In this document: positions 12,250 through 23,698 of the stretch, piece after piece
Layout: each line of letters starts with the position of its first letter
Position numbering within the stretch: the first letter of the stretch is position 1
NCBI GenBank assembly: GCA_038087875.1
Contig: CM075977.1
Location: forward strand, 300,018,001 to 300,082,000
DNA from: Malacoraja senta
Lineage: Eukaryota
Reading direction: 5' to 3'
Length of the DNA: 64,000 bases
The notes under the pieces: generated by a model
Seen by the model: only the letters and a program-made list of their open reading frames with translations
The model's database searches: none
What the model was told of the DNA's origin: nothing
Made by a program: the position numbers and the translations under genes

Positions 12250-13752
12250 CAGTGTTTGGGACAAAGACCTATCATTTATTTATTTGCCTCTGTACTCCAC
12301 AATTTGAGATTTGTAATAGAAAAAAATCCCGTGGTTAAAGAGCACATTGTCAGATTTTAATACATTTTTATCCATTTTGGTTTCACCACGTAGATATTAT
12401 AGCTGTGTTTATACATAGTCCCCCCATTTCAGGGCACCATAATGTTTGTGACACATGGCTTCACATGCATTTGTAATTGCTCAGGGTGTTTAAATGCCTC
12501 CTTAATGCAGGTATAAGGGAGCTCTCAGCACTTATTCTTTCCTCCAGTCTTTCCATCACCTTTGGGAACTTTTATTGCTGTTTATCAACATGAGGACCAA
12601 AGTTGTGCCAGTGAAAGTCAATGAAGCCAGTATGAGACTGAGAAACACGAATAAAACTGTTAGAGATATCAGCCAAACCTTTGGCTTCCCAAAATGAACT
12701 GTTTGGAACATCATTAAGAAGAAAGAGAGCACTGGTGAGCTCACTAACCGCAAAGGGACTGGTAGGCCAAGTAAGACTTCCACAGCTGATGACAGAAGAA
12801 TTCTCCCTATAATAAATAAAAATCCCCGAACATTTTTCCGACAGATCAGAAACACTTTTCAGGAGTCAGGTGTGGATTTGTCAATGACCACTGTCTGCAG
12901 AAGACTTCATGAACAGAAATACAGAGACTACACTGCAAGAAACAAACCACTGGTTAACTGCAAAAATAGGATGGCCAGGTTACAGTTACCAAGAAGTACT
13001 TAAAAGAGCAACCACAGTTCTTGAAAAAGGTCTTGTGGACAGATGAGACGCAGATTAACTTATATCAGAGTGATGGCAATAGCAAAGTATGGAGAAGAGA
13101 AGGAACTGCCCAAGATCCAAGGCAGACCAACTCATCTGTGAAACACGATGGTGGGGGTGTTATGGCCTGGGCATGTATGGCTGAAGGTACTGACTCACTT
13201 ATCTTCATTGATTGTATAACTGCTGATGGTAGTAGCAAAATGAATTCTGAAGTGTATAGACACATCCTATCTGCTCAAGCTCAAACAAATGCCTCAAAAC
13301 TCATTGGCCGGCGGTTCATTCTACAGCAAGACAATGATCCCAAACATACTGCTAAAGCAACAAAGGAGTTTTTCAAAGCTAAAAAATGGTCAATTCTTGA
13401 GTGGCCAAGTCAATCACCTGATCGGAAGCCAATTGAGCATGCCTTTTACATGCTGAAGAGAATACTGAAGGGGACTAGCCCCCAAAACAAGCATAAGCTA
13501 AAGATGGCTGCAATACAGGCCTGGCAGAGCATCACCAGAGAAGACACCCAGCAACTGGTGATGTCCATGAATCTTCAAGCAGTCATTACATGCAAAGGAT
13601 ATGCAACAACATATGCATGACTACTTTCATTTACATGACATTGCTGTGTCCCAAACATTATGTTTGCTGTGTCCCAAACATTATGGTGCCCTGAAATGGG
13701 GGGACTATGTATAGACACTGCTGTAGTTTCTACATGGTGAAACCAAAATGTA
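12250..13752 (+). mobile_element. Tc1-family transposon, decayed, right end truncated; same family as 30538-32223
   Basis: TA|CAGTG start inside a CR1, ATG at 12590. ORF 13021-13620 has WTDETQ, QQDNDPKH and WPSQSPD..IEH; stop and frameshift upstream; inner repeats cataatgtttg.gacac. Confidence 0.92.
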
Positions 13753-15124
13753 ACTCACCAAATATGGTAGATTTTGCCATTGCACGATGCTGAAAAGGGG
13801 AGCACCTGGTGAGAGAATTCTAAGCTGTAATGTTTTTGAAATTATTTTGTCATTGATTATTTCATTTCCAGAAGAAAGATTCATTGGTGAGAGCCAAAAT
13901 TAAATAAGAACGATTTTTAAATGATTGCAAGTGATGACTGTAAAGTTGAATTACAGTGGCATTTTACAAAGCTAATACAAGAACAGAGCTCAGGAAAATG
14001 GAGCAGAAGTTGTCATTTTACCCCTCATGCCTGACCTACCATCAATATAATCATAACTGATATGCCCCTGACATCTCTTCTATGCCAGATCCCCAAATTC
14101 CCTAATCTTCCAAAATTATATCTACCTCCTTATTAAATACTTCCAGTGATCTATCCTTCACGACCCTCCAGGGCAGAGAATTCCAAAGATTCAACCGAAC
14201 CTTTGGGAAGAAATGCCTAACACATCTCAGCTTTAAATGATCAACTCTTATCTTGTAACTATGTTCCCTCATTTGAGTCACTACCATTAATGAACATCTC
14301 AATTTATACCCTGTTACACTGCTTTAAGATGTTATTTGTTTCCGTAATATTATCCCTTGCACCCAATTCTTCTAAACTCTAAAGAATACCAACTTTGTTA
14401 GCTCTTTGTGATGGGACAACCCTCCCAACACAGACATTGGTATATTGAATCTCTTCTGCATGATAACATCATGTGCAAATGCTCATAGATCCTATAGTGC
14501 ACTCATTTGTAATCCCTCTTCAATTACATAATAGCCAGTCTTTTGATTCCGCTAACTGAAGTGTATGACCTCAAAGTTTCCAGGACTGCCAACATTGGGT
14601 GAGAGTTGAGAGTGAGAAATTGCGAGGGAGCATAGCGACTGGGGGGGGGGGTGGGTGTGGGAGGGAGGGGAGGGTGTGGGAGGGAGGATGTGTGCCCCCC
14701 TTCCACGGTAGGGAGCTTTGGCATTTTTCAGATTTAAATTGTGCAATCTGGTGCATACTGTAGCGAGTCTTTTAACTTACACTTGAATGCAACATTTATG
14801 CTTCAAATTGGATTAGGTATGAATAAGGTTAGGCTAAATTACATTCTTAATAACATTCCACAGTAGAGCCAGGCTCTGATCAACAGGTGCAGCACATGAA
14901 TGACCTTAGTATATTCATGTATGGAAATCAGATTATAATTCATGCTGCTATGCATATATATAGAGAAACAAAAACATAGAAACAAGTCAAGAGGAGTCAC
15001 TTCCATCACTGTTCTGCACAAATAAATCAATCAACCTTACCCTTAGAAACAAGACTTAAGTAATGCCACATATTCAACCGTATATGGTTCCATGAAATTA
15101 AGATATACATGTAAAACATATATA

Positions 15125-15410
15125 TGGAAACAGGCCCTTCAGTCCAACAAGTCCACACCGACCAGCAATCTACCATACCATCTACCACCAGTTGTATCCT
15201 ACACGCCAGGGACAATTTACAGAAGCCAATTAACCTACAAACCTGCACTTCTTTCGGATGTGGGAGAAACCGGAATATCCAGAGAAAACCATGTGGTCAT
15301 AAGGAGAATGTACAAATACTGTACAGACAGCACCCGTAGTCAGGATCAAATCTGGGTCTGTGGTGCTGCAAGGTAGCAACTCTACTGCTGTGCCACCGTA
15401 TCACCCCATT
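15125..15410 (-). mobile_element. tRNA-derived V-SINE/HE1-like SINE carried inside composite element A
   Basis: Reverse complement of 50144-50442; tRNA-like head, V-domain-like core ccggtttctcccaca, CR1-like tail. Confidence 0.75.
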
Positions 15411-16158
15411 AAATTCTTTTTTTCTGTTATATATTTATTATGGTGTCATGTCAATAAAGACGAACACATGATTCTGATTTCTGCCCTTAGTTGGATAACA
15501 CACATCTCCAGTCATTGTGTTTTATGGCTGGTTTTCAACCTCTTCAGTCTGAAGGTCTTAACCCAAAACATCACCTATTCTTTCTCTCCAGAGATGCTGC
15601 CTGTCCTGCTGAGTTATTCCAGCTTTTAGTTTCTATCTTCAGTTTAAACCAGCATCTGCAGTTCCTTCCTACACTCTTTGTTAAGCGAAACAGGTCCTAT
15701 TCTTATAATATTCACCTCAACTAAATCTTTTCTTCACCTCCGTTGCTGCAGAGAATACAATCCCAGTTATCAAATCTTTCTTCAAAGTGAAATAAAACTC
15801 CAGCCCTGCCAATATGTTCATAAATCGCACCTGGATCCACTCCAGAGCAATTGCACCCTTTCTACAGTGTGTCATAGTCTTACAGCATGGAAACAGGCCC
15901 TTCATCCCAACTTGTCCATGCAGATCAAGATGCCCCATCTAAGCTAGTCCCATTTATCCACATTTGACCCATATCCCTTTAAACCTTGTGTGTGCCAGTG
16001 TGTGTGTAAGGGTGTGTGTTATGTTGTGTGTGAGAGTGTGTATCAGTGAAGCAGCGACAACACCCGGAATAAGCGGAGACTTGGCGACTTGGGGAGCATT
16101 TCCCTCTCTCCCCCCCTCCGCGGGAATGCGGGCCGGCCCAGGTCCTCTGTGTGCAGCT

Positions 16159-16388
16159 GGGGTCCGGGGGAGGTGAGGGTCAGTGACCCGGGGGTCCGGG
16201 GGAGGTGAGGGTCAGTGACCCAGGGGTCCGGGGGAGGTGAGGGTCAGTGACCCGGGGGTCCGGGGGAGGTGAGAGTCAGTGACCCAGGGTTCCGGGGAGG
16301 TGAGTGTCAGTGACCCGGGGTTCCGGGGGTGGTGAGGGTCAGTGACCCGGGGGTCTGGGGGGAGGTGAGGGTCGGTGACCCGGGGGTC
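16159..16388. repeat. ~32-bp G-rich minisatellite x7
   Basis: Unit gggtccgggggaggtgagggtcagtgacccgg; only ~2 units occur in copy B (49322-49390). Confidence 0.9.
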
Positions 16389-16868
16389 AGGCATCGGAGT
16401 GGAGCTTTAGCCCGAGATTCATCCCCGCGGCTCCAGAGGCGGCACCGACGCCCTCACTCACCCGGTCCGCTCCTGGCTCCGGGCCAGGGTCAACACTCCA
16501 TGCGGTGTAGACAGAGCGGCCGCCGGACACAGAGCCGCCGTAGGTGAGGATGGGAGGTGTGAGCGGTGCCTCAGGGGGGTCGGTGCTGGGACCACGGCCG
16601 TGTCTCACCTATCACACCATCTGCACGGGAATGTGAATGCGGGTGAGACAGCATCTATAGAGCGATAGACAAAAATGCTGGAGAAGTGCTTGAGTCTGAA
16701 GAAGGGTCAAACTCATGCTGCCTCACCCGCTGAGTTTCTCCAGCATTTTTGCCTAAATTGCCATTTTAAATAGTGTGCGATGGGCTTAAGCCAATTAAAT
16801 TGCTCGTTCTTTACGGGGAACCCGCCGACAGAAAACTATTCTCATTGGTGAGTGTGGAGGAGTGTGGC

Positions 16869-16912
<44 letters not shown>

Positions 16913-19894
16913 TTTGAGCGTGAGAACTTCTGTCATCAGCGTGAGAGTGTGAGAATTTCATCAAATGCGTGATTCTCACGCTCGATGCGTGAGAGTTGGC
17001 AGCCCTGAAGTTTCCTACATTAAACTCTTATTTGCCAAGTCATTACCCGCACTACCCATGTCCCATTGCAGCGTACAAACTCACTCCCCTCCTCAAAGTT
17101 ATTGATATAGAACATAGAAACATACATTACAGCTAATCTTACCTTTTAAAATAAAAGTCATTTTTTAAGGGTTTTTTTTTTACCCCTACCATACGTCTAT
17201 TTCAATCCATCTATCAGTGCTTTGCTGTATAGTTCAACTGGTTAACAAATGTAAAAGTCACAATGCTGCAGGAAGCTATTAGACCCATTGAGCCTGTGCA
17301 GGCTGTCTGCAAGAGCAATTAAATCTTTCTGTTCCCAGCTGCAGCTCTGCCTTACATTGTCCCTCATGTATCTATTCAGTTCCCTTTTTAGAAGGATGTG
17401 AAAGTAATAAATGTATTTGCTTCCACCACCTTTGAAGATAATAAATTCCAGATCATGACTACTCATTGTAAGGTTTTTCTTCATCATTCTTGGTTCTTTT
17501 GATATTCACTTTAAATCTTTGTGTTCTGGTTCCTGCTCTTCCTGCCAATGGAAAGTTTACTTTGTCTAGACCATGATCTTGAACACCTCTGTCAAATCAC
17601 TTTTAAACTCTCTCTGCTGTAGGGGGGATAAAAATTAATGTCTCCAAGCTCCAGGTAGTTATGCTCCACATCCTTGGAACCATTCTACTTAATCTTTCCT
17701 ATGTTCTGTGACATTTGCAGCCTTCCAATGGTGCAGTGACCAGAGCTGCAGCAATATTTCAGTTAGAGTTAAAGTACTTTGCTACAGTGGCACAACTTAA
17801 TCACTTTACAAAATTAATTAAATGTGCATTGTCTTGTGTATTTTATTTGTGAAGTAATAATCTGACGTATCATTTTCTGTTCCTGTTTTAACGATGTGTA
17901 TTAACTTATTATTGAGAACTTCTAATAGTCAGTCTTTCATCTGTGGTTAAAAAAACATCCTGATAAAGTAATACTACCACCTTCCTACTCGTTAAAACGT
18001 TAAAAGAATTTCAAGTATATTTTGTGTTGAATTTATTGTTTTAGGAATTTAATCATTTTATTATCAGCTCCAAGTGATTATTTTTTCCACAATCTATCAG
18101 TTAATAAAAGGCGAGCTGCAACAAAACATTGATTTGCAAAATTAATTTGCAACAAACTATTAAGCTATTTATGAGAACAGCAGCCTTGGGGTGTTTTAAA
18201 GAACACTGGTTTGTTTTTATGGTGAACTTTAAGATTGGCAAGATTAAATGTGTTTATGCTGAAGAATTCTGTTTGTTTTCTCCTTGTTGCCACAACATCA
18301 GTGATGATTTGTAGTTGCCTCTGCCTGAGTGACAGGACAAAGCAGGAATGCTGTCAAAATCACCTTCAAACTATAGAATGGTATTTAGTGACAACAGCTG
18401 GAGTAGTATGATATCTGCCCTTCCGTAGTGCCTGTAGGCAACATCAGTCAGCATCTGATATACTACAGTCAGTTTCTAGTACTAGAGAAGCGACTTAAAT
18501 GAGTTAGTACAAAGATGAAGAGTATTGCTGACAGCTGTGAAGGATCATCCAACAAAAAAAAAAGAGATGATTATAGTTGGTCTTGGCCTCAACAGTCCAA
18601 ACAGCTGGATTCGATTATAGTATCTCAAATGCATGTTGCAAAGCAGGCTGGTTTCACAGCTGTTCTCAAGCTGTTTAAAAGCCAGACATTTTTGGGTGTT
18701 TTGAGTGGCTGGGTACAGAGAGAAAAGAATAGAAAGTATGAGAATAGCCCTACAATCCAAACCAGGTGCCAGGTTACCCTGAGAGAATTAGTTACATCGA
18801 GCCAACAGCAAATCAAGTAACATCAGGTGGTGCAATCAAAAACTTTATCCTTTCCCATGAGTACACTTTTTGTGAAACTGAACTAATCGATGAAAGATTG
18901 CTATTGGCGAAAAGATCTGCAATTCCATAAATATTTTGATTTTAACCACCATACAATTTCAGGGTAGATGCAAATGCTCTTGCAAGTCAGAATTTGAGCT
19001 GGTGTGTTTTAATTTTGAGTGTCATTTGTAAGCCACCAGTAGATGCCGCTTTGAAAAAGTCCATCAGAATCCACCAACTCACACTCGTGTTATATGTCAG
19101 CCAGTAGTTAAGTTGATGGCAGAGGATGTAGTAATAAGCAAGGAAAGTCACAACTTTCTTTGTGGAATCAAGGGAAGTTCTCAGCTCCTCTTTGTTCTGT
19201 GTCTTCAAAAGTAAGTTATGAAATTTAATTATGTAAATTTATGAATTTTCCACCTACTTCTTGTGGTCATTTCAGCCACTTAACTGCAGTTGGCATTTAT
19301 AATTGTGGCCAGCAGGGTTTTAATGAAAACGGGACAGAGTGCAAAATGCTCTGTTACAAGGACTGCCCAATCCATTGCCACCAATTGAAGTAGTTAAAAT
19401 TTCCTTCCCTCAACAATAAGAGATTTTTGGTTGCTACCTTAAGGGACCTCTTAAGAACTGTTGATTACTTTATCTTTCATCACATTTTGTCAGATGCAGT
19501 AATTCCTTGATTTATGGTGCTTTGATTTACAGATTTTTACTTTAATGCCATTGACTCTTTGGAATATATGTCTACAATAACAAAGCTACACATAGGAATG
19601 CGCTGTATTGAAATGTGAATAATGCATTTTGCCCAGCCTTTTTTGAGTTGTGAAATTTTGCATACTGAACCATTTTCTAGGTATTCATCTCTAAATTAAG
19701 GCATTAATATCAGGAACTACTTTCCAATGAGTCAGATCGTTCTTGAACCAGCCAGGTGCCCAGGCTCACTGGCCACCCACAATTTTTTTGTAAATTGTAT
19801 AGGACTGAACAAGCTGAACCTTTACCCCCTCAATTGGCATCCAATGAGGTGGAATGTGTTTCACACAGTACAGGACCTTCAGCCTGTGAGTACT

Positions 19895-20315
19895 CATAAG
19901 GTCATAAGTGATAGCAGAATTAGGCCATTCGGTCCATCAAGTCTACTCTTCCATTCAATCATGGCTGATCTATCTCTCCCATCTAACCCCATTCTCCTGC
20001 CTTCTCCCCATAACCCCTGACACCCGTACTAATCAAGACTCTATCTATCTCTGCCTTAAAAATATCCATTGACCTGACCTCCACAGCCTTCTGTGGCAAA
20101 GAATTCCACAGATTCACCAAAGTTCTCTGAAATTCCTCATCTCCTTTCTAAAGTAACATCCTTTAGTTCTGAGGCTATGCCCTCTGGTTGCAAACATCCT
20201 TTCCACATTCACTTTATCCAAGCCTTTAACTATTCGGTCGTTTCAATGAGGTCCCCCCTTATTCTTCTAAACTCCTGCGAGTACAAGCCCAGTGCCGTGA
20301 AACGCTCATCATATG
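19895..20315 (-). mobile_element. CR1 LINE 3' end
   Basis: cataaggtcataagtgatag tail and reverse complement of CR1 3' UTR/ORF2 end. Confidence 0.85.
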
Positions 20316-20754
20316 TACTGCAAATACTGCACCCTTTTCTTGAGTTCTTACTCTGGAATGACCTGATACTCTTTGATTTCATAGGCTGTAGAAAGCATTT
20401 TACCATTTTTAATGAATATGAGATTGATCCATAAAAATAAAATAATTTAGAAATGTATGTATTTAAAATTATATAGATATAAATTTATCAAAACATACTA
20501 AATAATAAGAAAAACTTAAATGTTCAAGTAATGTAAGATATCTTTTCATTAGTAAGTTTGCAGATGACACCAAAGTGGGTGGTATCGTAGGTAGTGAAAT
20601 TTATCAAAAATTACACCAAGATCTTAATCAGTTGGGTATGCGGCCTGAGAAATTGTTAATGGAGTTAATGGAGTGTGAGGTGTTGCCTTTTGGTAAGTCA
20701 AAGCGGGGTAGGATCTTCACAATGAATGGAAGGACCTTTGCAGTGAATGGCAGA

Positions 20755-21285
20755 CCTGGCGCACAGTAGCCTGCAGGTGGACGCTGTTGAGCCAGCACCC
20801 TTTTGTAGGACCCAGCGGATCACTGCCTGGAAGGGAGAGCCCACAGATCTGTCTTCTGTTCGTACCCCAAAGACAAGAGACTGGGAGGATGGAGCTGGTG
20901 ATGACGACGAACACGACAGGCAATGAGCAAGGTCAGTAGGAGAGTGAACCAGGGTCTGGCAGAACGTGCCACTGGAGAACAAATGGAGAAGACATTGTTT
21001 GCTGGTCGATCCACATGTGCAAGGAAGGCGACGTCTGTAGTCCCGCAGCAGTCTGGGGCTTGCCTGGATCAGGCACTGCTCATAACAACTAGGGTGCGGA
21101 CTGAACTTTGAAAATGGCAGGAAAACATGGCGCGTCTTGCATGCGGTCTCATGGGCTATTTCTGTACAATTTGCTAATTGGTATCGGACATTTGCTTAGG
21201 TATGGCAATACTCTACTGGACTGTTTGCAAGAAAATAATTTCACCATGAGTCTGCACATGTGACAATAAAAGCACCATTGTACCA
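20755..21285 (+). mobile_element. Non-coding retroposon with a Rex1-type 3' tail (LINE-dependent SINE-like insert)
   Basis: Inserted into the CR1 between near-duplicated cagtgaa.gg sites; ends tttcaccatg..cacatgtgacaataaa like the Rex1 tails at 7275-7315 and 53395-53450. Confidence 0.55.
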
Positions 21286-21466
21286 GTGAAGGGTCCTGGG
21301 AAGTGTTGTAGAGCAGAGGGATCTAAGAATGCAGGTGCATTGATTTGTGAAAGTAGTGTCACAGGTAGGAAGGGTGGTCAACAAGACTTCTGGTACATTG
21401 GCCTTCAGCAGTCATGGTATTGAGTATAGAAGTTTGGATGTTATGTTACAGTTGTACAAGACATTG

Positions 21467-23698
21467 CAGGGCTCTCGCTTAACTTTTTTTCCCTGTTGCC
21501 AGCCGGGCAACCTTGGCAGCTTTTTAGGTTGCCAAATGACAGTTTAGTTGGTCATTTAAGATGGCTTGCATGACGCGTGCGATAATGTGCTCGGACGAAG
21601 TGCGTAGTTACCAGTCGGAATTATACTCAATGAAGCATTCACATATTATTTCTGCTTCAAATAAAGTCACAAACTAAACATATTCACCAATCAAGACATG
21701 ATATATCCCACAATGACATGCAGCAAAATTATAAGACAGTATCTCAACTCTTTTTACACGTTGCAATTAATGCAATTTCTATTAGTTCTTTCCACTTCCA
21801 AACAAAAATGTGGTTGGATTATTCAGCGTATGATCAACCTGTGTCAATAAATCCTGGACCATGGTAACATATATGCGTACGTATAGTTGTGAATGTTGCT
21901 CATTAAATAACTACAGTACTGATACTCCATATTAAAAGCATTGATTTGCCGTTAAAATGAATTCTGTAATAACGTGTCAACGGCAGCAGTGACAATCAAA
22001 CACTGCGGTTTTAATGTTTCACGTGTTCACAATTTAATTAATCCATCTTTATGGATTAAAACAAATAATAACATTGGGAATTAAAACACATTTGATTGCA
22101 TTCCGTTATCAAACATAGTCAATGTTCGCTCTGAAGACATTTCCAGCACAATAGGGTCAGGGAGGGGGGTGTGTGTGAATCAGTGCGGGGTGGATAGATG
22201 TGGGGAGGGGGATTAGAAGGCAGTCGGTGCAGAATGGATGGATTGAGGCAGGTGAATTAGTTAGTGTTGGTTGGAGTAGGTAAAATTGTGAGGGGAGAGC
22301 ACCGGGGATGTCAGTGGTGTTGAATGGGGGGGGTTCAGTACGGGATGGATGGGGGTAGACAAAAGTGCTGGAGAAACTCAGCGGGTGAGGCAGCATCTAT
22401 GGAGCGAAGGAAATAGGCAACGTTTCGGGTCGAGACCCTTCTTCAGACTGTTCCCCCCATTCTTCTTGAATGGGAGGATCAGTACAGGATGGATGGGAGC
22501 GGGGGGAGATCAGCGCAGGATGAATGGGGGGTGGGGGTCAGTACAGTGTGGATCGGAGGGTCTGTGCAGGATGAATGGGGGATCACTACAGGATAAATGA
22601 GGGGAAGGTGCAGGGTAAATGGAGGGAGGGTCAGTACGGGATGAATGCGTGGATTAGTACAGGATGGATGGGGGATCAGTACAGGATGGATGGAGGAGAC
22701 GTGCAGGATGGATGGGAAAGGGGTAAGTACAGGGTGAATTGGGGAACCAGTGTAGGATGGATGGGGGGGGGTGGGGTGGCAGGAGAATCAATGCGAGGTG
22801 GATAGGGTGATCAGCGCAGGATGAATAGATGGGGGGGGGGTAGATGTGGAGGGGAGCACAGGGGATGTCAGTGAGGACTGAATAGAGGTGGGAATGGGGA
22901 TCAGTGTGGGATGGAGTGGAGGGGTCCCAGGATAAGAGGGTGGAGGGGGCGTACAAGAGAGGGAGAGGTGGGGCGAGGTGGGGAGGAAGGAAGGTGAGCG
23001 CTCCTCGGACAACATCGCCCGTTGGGAACTCCTCGCCACCGCCTCCCCTCCTCCGCCAACCAACAGCAAGGTGCAGGACCGAGCGGTCCAGCTCAGAGAT
23101 CCTATAGCTATAAGATCTTTGGTGCAGCTGCTTCAGAAGGGTCGGAGCGAATGACGGGCCCCGAACAGTGGCAGCAGCGGCCGTGACAGCGGCTCCATCT
23201 CCTCCTCCTCCCGCCCCCCCGCCCGCCCTGATAAGGGCCTCTGCTTGTAAATCCGGTAACGGACTTTCAAAACAAACTCTCCCGCACTCCGAGGCCTCCC
23301 CCTCCCTCCCTCCTCCCGGTCTCGGCGTGTGGGAGGGTTTGTTTTGAAAGCCCGTTACTGGATTTACAAGCAGAGGCCCTTATCAGGGCGGGAGGAGGAG
23401 ATGGAGCCGCTGTTCGCGGCCGCTGCTGCCGCTGTTCGGGGCCCGTCATTCGCTCCGACCCTTCCTCACCCCGCACCTAGTATCTTTGCCCCGCACAGCC
23501 GCCGACGACACAAAACATCGCGTTCCTTTTCTCCAGAGATGATGCCTGACCCGCGGAGTTACTCCAGTTTTTTGTGTCTATTTTCGGTACAAACCAGTAT
23601 CTGGTTGCCAAGCCGGGCAAAATGACTCGGTGTTTAGGTTGCCCCGCGGCGCTTTGAGTGGTCAGTGGCACCCGGGCAACCGCTAATTTCGAGCCCTG
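21467..23698. mobile_element. Non-autonomous hAT-like element with 5-bp TSD (hAT5-type)
   Basis: CATTG at 21462-21466 and 23699-23703 precisely splits the CR1 LYKTL|V codons; TIR CAGGGCTC / GAGCCCTG; subterminal ttgcc/ggcaa repeats. Confidence 0.85.
22416..22450 (-). ncRNA. Minimal type I hammerhead ribozyme motif in a Penelope terminal repeat
   Basis: Minus strand CAGT-CTGAAGA-A-GGGT-CTCG-ACCC-GAAA-CG-TT-GCC: CUGANGA and GAAA core boxes, helix II, palindromic ACGT helix III, GUU cleavage triplet. Confidence 0.65.

Larger units (their letters stand above)
14581..17007. mobile_element. Composite non-autonomous CAGGG-TIR DNA transposon (hAT/P-like) with 7-bp TSD, copy A
   Basis: TIR CAGGACTGCCAAC / GTTGGCAGCCCTG; AAGTTTC at 14574-14580 and 17008-17014; subterminal gcgtgaga repeats. 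An inverted second copy lies at 48705-50882. Confidence 0.85.

Noticed and set aside
13021-13620. Active Tc1 transposase gene
   Set aside because: An upstream stop and frameshift separate it from the ATG at 12590, and the right TIR is truncated.
18515-18820. 101-aa plus-strand ORF
   Set aside because: No recognisable homology or exon structure, and it is not CWC27-like; probably a chance ORF.
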